DNA of 64,000 nucleotides from an uncultured Bacillota bacterium (GTDB lineage: Bacteria; Sysuimicrobiota; Sysuimicrobiia; Sysuimicrobiales; Segetimicrobiaceae): NCBI GenBank assembly GCA_963804645.1, contig CAWDRG010000022.1, forward strand, positions 111,642 through 175,641. The letters run 5' to 3'. Shown piece by piece: positions 59,578-64,000 of this stretch. The position numbers were made by a program, and so were the translations under genes. Position 1 is the stretch's first letter, and each line of letters starts with the position of its first letter. Below the pieces are notes generated by a model. The model was not told the origin of the DNA, did no database searches, and saw only the letters and a program-made list of their open reading frames with translations.

Positions 59578-61274
59578 CGGGTCGGCTCGCCCGCCGCCAG
59601 CGGAGCGGCGGCCGCCAGCGCCTCGCGGGCGCCGTCGAGGTCGAGGTGCTGCGCTCCCGCGCGTGGAGCCGCGGCGTACGCGATCAGCGCGTTCGTACGG
59701 GCCTGCGCGTCTGCGGAATCGCGGTTGTCGGGATCAGACCCCACGATCGCGTTGAGATCGTAGCAGCGGGTCGCGCGGTGCAGCATGCGAAACAGCTCCC
59801 CCTCAAATGCCAGCGTGGGCGGCACCGCGGGAGACCGCTCGAACGCATGGTAGAACGCTTCGGCGCCGCCGGCCCGGGCGGCCGCCTCGGACGCCAGCGC
59901 ATCGACCGCGGCGCGCTCGACGTCGGGCGACGCCGCGCGGTGAGGGTTGTAGGCCACCTGGCGCGTCCCGTCGGGGGCCTCGCCGGTCAGCACGCGGGTG
60001 ATGAACCGCGCGAGCGGGAGGGTGTCGAGCACGGTCCGATCCCGCGGGTCCCGCCGTAGAAGCACGACGGTTGACAGGCGCACACCGTCCATCGGGGCCG
60101 CGACGACGCCTCCGCCGGCGAGCCCCCTCGCAGGGTCGAGCATCGCGCGGCCGGCGGGGCACGCGAGCAGCGCGGTCAGGTGCACGCGCACGTCGTCCCG
60201 GGCCCCCCGCGACTCCGCGTCGCCGTCGGGTGTGCCCAGCACCGCGTTCGCGAGGACGTCGAGCATCGCGGCGCGGGCCGCCAGTCCCTCCGGCGTGACG
60301 TCCGGAACGTTTTCGAGCGGGGCCGCCAGCAGCGCGGCGGCGAGCCCGGGCACGAGGCCGAGGAGATCCGTTCGGACGTACGTCGCTTTCGTGCTCGCGT
60401 AGGCGTACGCTTCGACCGGACTGGTGAGATCGAGCGCCGAGAGCGGCGCACGCACGTCGGCGTGATCGAGGCCGGTGCTGCGAAACTCTCCGGCCGCCCC
60501 GCGGTGCGTGTCCAGCCACCGAAAGACACGGTAGCCGCGGACCGGTCGGCCGTGCACGGGGATGATCTCGAACGGTGCCACCCGCCGGCCGTCGCGCATC
60601 GCGAGCGTGTAGCGCACGTGCACCGTGTTCTGGGAGAGGAAGCGGGCGCCGGGGTCTCCGGACGCGAGGCCGAACGCCGCCGCGGCCTTTCCGGTCCCGG
60701 CTGGCCCGAGACATACCACGCCGCCGTCCCGGCCGCCGACGCACCCCGCGTGGAGGCTGTGGATCCCGCGCTCTTCCGCGAGGAGGCGGCCGGCCGCCGC
60801 GAGCGCCGCCGACCAGAGCTCGCCGTAGTACGTGGTGTTGAACAGAACGACCGTCCCGGTGCGGTGGCTGTAGTACGCTCCCTGCTGCTGGTCGGCCACC
60901 CCGCCGATCGCGTAGATGGTCACCTGCGGCCGCGCCGGCGGCGTGAGTCCGGTCGCGCGCCGCCACTCGTCCGGGCGGTACCAGTGGGCGGTCCAAAACT
61001 GTTCGAGGTGCGTTGAGTTCGTGATCACCCGCACGCGCACGCCGTGGATCACGGCATCGCACACGGCGAGCGGCTCCGCCCCGGCATGGCGGACGACGTG
61101 CTCCACCGCGGACGTGACCAGCTCGTCGCGGCGCCCCTCGACCCGATCGATCGCCACGTCGCGCGTCGGGAGCAGGGCTTTTACGCGCGTGATGACGTTG
61201 CCCGCGCCGATCGGGGGACCCGGCCACTCCAGGGCCTTCGCGTTGGGCGGATCGGGAAACACAAACGGGTCCAC
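59574..61274 (-). CDS. HPr-kinase/PEPCK-like P-loop protein of unknown function
   Basis: SLHAGCV....GVVCLGPAGTGKAA; GGAGG before GTG 61274; coupled to tdh. Confidence 0.65.
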   Translation of the reverse strand: MDPFVFPDPPNAKALEWPGPPIGAGNVITRVKALLPTRDVAIDRVEGRRDELVTSAVEHVVRHAGAEPLAVCDAVIHGVRVRVITNSTHLEQFWTAHWYRPDEWRRATGLTPPARPQVTIYAIGGVADQQQGAYYSHRTGTVVLFNTTYYGELWSAALAAAGRLLAEERGIHSLHAGCVGGRDGGVVCLGPAGTGKAAAAFGLASGDPGARFLSQNTVHVRYTLAMRDGRRVAPFEIIPVHGRPVRGYRVFRWLDTHRGAAGEFRSTGLDHADVRAPLSALDLTSPVEAYAYASTKATYVRTDLLGLVPGLAAALLAAPLENVPDVTPEGLAARAAMLDVLANAVLGTPDGDAESRGARDDVRVHLTALLACPAGRAMLDPARGLAGGGVVAAPMDGVRLSTVVLLRRDPRDRTVLDTLPLARFITRVLTGEAPDGTRQVAYNPHRAASPDVERAAVDALASEAAARAGGAEAFYHAFERSPAVPPTLAFEGELFRMLHRATRCYDLNAIVGSDPDNRDSADAQARTNALIAYAAAPRAGAQHLDLDGAREALAAAAPLAAGEPTR

Positions 61275-61433
61275 CGAGGCCTCCGGACCGGAACCGATGC
61301 CGCCGGGTTCGCACCGTGCGCCCGGCCATCCAGTCTTCGGGACCGGGCCGGCATGGCCCCTCTTTCGGGCGCGGGGGACCGGTGCGGTCCCGGCGAACCC
61401 CCAGCCATCGCGGCGGACCGCACACGGAGGCAC

Positions 61434-62503
61434 GTGGTGGATCGGATTCCCCTCAGCTTTCTCCTGCGGCATCTCGCGCGGGTGCTCGAATCGCGGCTCT
61501 TGTGGCGGAGGCGGCCCTCGCCGTTCGCATACGACGAGGTCGTGCACGGACCGGTCTGGGCGTGCGCCGACCCGGGCGCGTTCCCGAGGCCGCTCCCCGC
61601 CCTCCCGGGCCTTGAGGGCGTGGTCCTGATGGAAGATCGGCACCCGCAGTTCTTCCTGTCGTTCGGCGAGTTTGCGCCCGCGACACCGACCGGTCTGAAC
61701 CGCCACGGCCCGCTCCACGCCTGGACCACCCATCAGGACCTAAAAGAGCTGGTGGGCGCCCTCCGCGCGCAGGGCATGCGGGTCGCGATCGGATGCTGGA
61801 ACTACGGAGGCTGGTGGCCGCTCCCTCCCTCCCCTGGCTGCGCGGGCATCCGGAGCTGCGCCGGATGCCGGGGAGCTCGGACCTCAACCCCTTCGCGCGC
61901 ATTCGGCCCGACGGGATCGAGTACGCGGACTACATTGGACGCCAGTACGAGCGGCTCAAATCCGCGTTCGGGTTCGACGGCCTCATGCTCGGCGACGGCT
62001 TCTGCGGCTTCGGCTCGTTCATGGTGCCGGACCGCTACAACGACCGCGAGGACGCGATTCCCGCGTGGACCGAGTTCTACCGCACCGTCGCGTCGTGGGT
62101 GCACCGCGAAGGGGACGTGCTGCTCGCGTACGACCGCATGGGGTTCTCGTACGAGGAGGCCAAACGGCACGGCGCCGACTATCGCGCGCTCGCCGGCGCC
62201 GGCCTCGACGTGCTCGTGTACCAGTCGTATCCGCAGGCATGGGGCGGCTACTGGCTCACGCACCACGGGGACCGCTTTGGGCTCGCGGCGTGCGCGGCCA
62301 ACCTCGCCTCCGTCCGCGACGCGCTGCGAGACACGCCGACGCGCATCCTCTACACGGCGGAGCTGGGCGACTCCGTCGAACGGTGGAACGTGGTGCCCAA
62401 GGCGACGCGTCGGGAGTACGCGGCCCTCGACCCGCTGGCCGACGGCCGGTTTCTCGTCTGGGCGAACGATGTCTTCGCCGCGCAACAGATCCGCTCCATC
62501 TAA
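61434..62503 (+). pseudogene. Frameshifted hypothetical protein (glycoside-hydrolase/TIM-barrel-like)
   Basis: GGAGG RBS plus GTG; coding sense switches frame at the CTCC repeat 61821-61834 (WNYGGWWPL to PWLRGHPEL..FGFDGLMLGDG). Confidence 0.6.
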
Positions 62504-62507
62504 GACT

Positions 62508-63993
62508 CATCGCCACTAACATAACTTGCGTCCACCGGACAGATGCGTGAACGATTTCCACCGATGCCGGCTCGCGCAGTATCGGCGCTTGCGACGCGTG
62601 CCACGACGGCGTTCGAGCAGCAGCGCGGCCAGCGAGACCTGCGTTGGGGGCAGTTCCGCCCAGCCCGGTTTGGTGAGTACGACCCCGGGATTCGCCCGTT
62701 GGGTGGCGGCAAACGCGAGCTCCGCATCCACGATCGCGATCGACGCGCGGGCGACGCGGGGGAAGAGCTTGGCCGGCGACAGTTGCTCAGGCGTGAGGCC
62801 ATGCGTCTCCGCGATGCGGGCTTGCGCCGCGCGCATCGCCGCATAGACCACGCCCGCCGCATACACTTGTTGGGCGACGCCGCGCGGGCTGGCGAGGTAG
62901 AAGTGGTGCAGATCGAGCACCTCTTTCAGATCGAAGAACAGGCGCTCCACCTGCCAGCGCAGGCGGTAGCAGGTCAGCGCTTCCTCGGCCCGCAGCCGCG
63001 AGGGCTCCAGGACGGTGGTCAGCAGATCCAGCGCTTCGCGCCGCGCCCGCCAGCGGATGTGCCGCATCCGTTGGGGCGGGGCGGTTTGGCCCGAGCCGAC
63101 GATCACGAGGCGTTCGGTGAGCGTTCCTCCGCCCCGCTGGACGCGCCGCAGCAGTTTCACCTGCTGCACTTTCACCTGCCGGTTCAGTCGGCACACGCCC
63201 CACAGCTGGTGCTGCGAGAGCGCCGCGATGAAGGTCACCGAGGCGTAGAGACGATCCGCCACGAGCAGCGTCCCTGGCGGGATCTGCCCCAGCAGCTCCT
63301 GGGCCCGTGGCAGTTCGCCCCGGGCCGCATCGGTGCAGAAAGCGATCTGGCGCGGGAAGCCGCGGAAGAGATCGTAGAGGACCAGCACACACCCGGGCAG
63401 GAGCGCCGAGCGGACATCCCAGGTCAACTTGAGACGATGGGCCACCTGATTCAGGCGCGAGCCATCCAGGACCCAGACCTCGGGGAAGCGCTCCCGCAAC
63501 CCGCTCACGGTGGCCGCATAGAGCGGGCGGGCATCCGCCACCAGCTGCGCGATGAACGCGTCGTACAAGGCCTGGAAGAAGTGGGGCCGCAACCGCTCCG
63601 CCCGTTGGAAGAAGGCCTCGGGCGAGGTGCGGGCCGCCGGCCCCAGGGCGGGGAACATCATCCCGCCCTCTTGGAGCGCTTGGGTCAGCGAGCGCGGAGC
63701 GGTGAGGATCACGGTGAGCCAGAACTGGGCCAGGGCCGCCAGCGTCCAGCGGCGCTGGCGTTCCCGATTGCGGACCCGCTGGAACACCGTGTGGCATAAG
63801 GCGGCGGTCAGATGCCTGTGCAGGAGTTCGACGGTCTCAGCCAGGTTGACCCGGGGCGCGGCGGAGCGAGCGGCAGGCGCTGCAGCCATGACTGCTCACC
63901 TCGTTGCTGCGACGATGGGTGCGACTGGTAGTCCGATGCTGGCTGTGTCTGGGGACTATTCGACGCGCGGGTCAAATTATCTTATCGGCGATG
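62508..63993 (-). mobile_element. IS4-family insertion sequence
   Basis: Imperfect 19-bp IRs CATCGCCACTAACATAACT / CATCGCCGATAAGATAATT; TSD not verifiable at the window edge. Confidence 0.8.
62516..63889 (-). CDS. IS4-family DDE transposase
   Basis: VLDGS, VADRLY, YRLRWQVERLFFDLK (YREK motif). Confidence 0.9.
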   Translation of the reverse strand: MAAAPAARSAAPRVNLAETVELLHRHLTAALCHTVFQRVRNRERQRRWTLAALAQFWLTVILTAPRSLTQALQEGGMMFPALGPAARTSPEAFFQRAERLRPHFFQALYDAFIAQLVADARPLYAATVSGLRERFPEVWVLDGSRLNQVAHRLKLTWDVRSALLPGCVLVLYDLFRGFPRQIAFCTDAARGELPRAQELLGQIPPGTLLVADRLYASVTFIAALSQHQLWGVCRLNRQVKVQQVKLLRRVQRGGGTLTERLVIVGSGQTAPPQRMRHIRWRARREALDLLTTVLEPSRLRAEEALTCYRLRWQVERLFFDLKEVLDLHHFYLASPRGVAQQVYAAGVVYAAMRAAQARIAETHGLTPEQLSPAKLFPRVARASIAIVDAELAFAATQRANPGVVLTKPGWAELPPTQVSLAALLLERRRGTRRKRRYCASRHRWKSFTHLSGGRKLC

Positions 63994-64000
63994 CCACTAA

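Noticed and set aside
63994..64000. Target duplication of the IS4 element
   Set aside because: The window ends 7 nt after the IR and the flanks do not match exactly.

Overview
GC-rich bacterial chromosome window in two halves, split at a minus-strand tmRNA gene (ssrA, 39623-39973, tag ADNQLAYAA). To the right (40-62.5 kb) is ordinary, very GC-rich core genome: amidase, lutABC, smpB, ABC-F, moaB/mogA-moaC-moeA, GTP-PEPCK, MFS, mgtA, kbl-tdh, then an IS4-family element. To the left is a visibly less GC-rich accessory region. At least six extra direct-repeat copies of the last ~29 nt of the tmRNA (T-arm plus 3' acceptor strand plus CCA) lie at 38502, 29578, 27372, 24692, 23915 and, degenerate, 16198. 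They cut the region into 0.75-7.7 kb segments. Five of the six segments carry a toxin-antitoxin-type pair (three vapBC, one higBA/relBE-like, one HTH plus nucleotidyltransferase), and no integrase gene is present in the window. Inside this array a serine-integrase-type attL/attR pair (23896-23943 and 19964-19994) can be rejoined into a 50-bp attP. It has perfect 16-bp inverted arms, a central GA dinucleotide inside the tmRNA acceptor stem, and a reading frame that runs through the site. Two IS256 and one ISL3 element have exact 8-bp target duplications. Other cargo includes an ECF sigma/anti-sigma fusion with copper-protein genes, an orphan Hcp, a PEP-CTERM protein, a sugar ABC transporter plus sulfatase operon, and many gene fragments. 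All calls come from reading motifs by eye; no searches were run.
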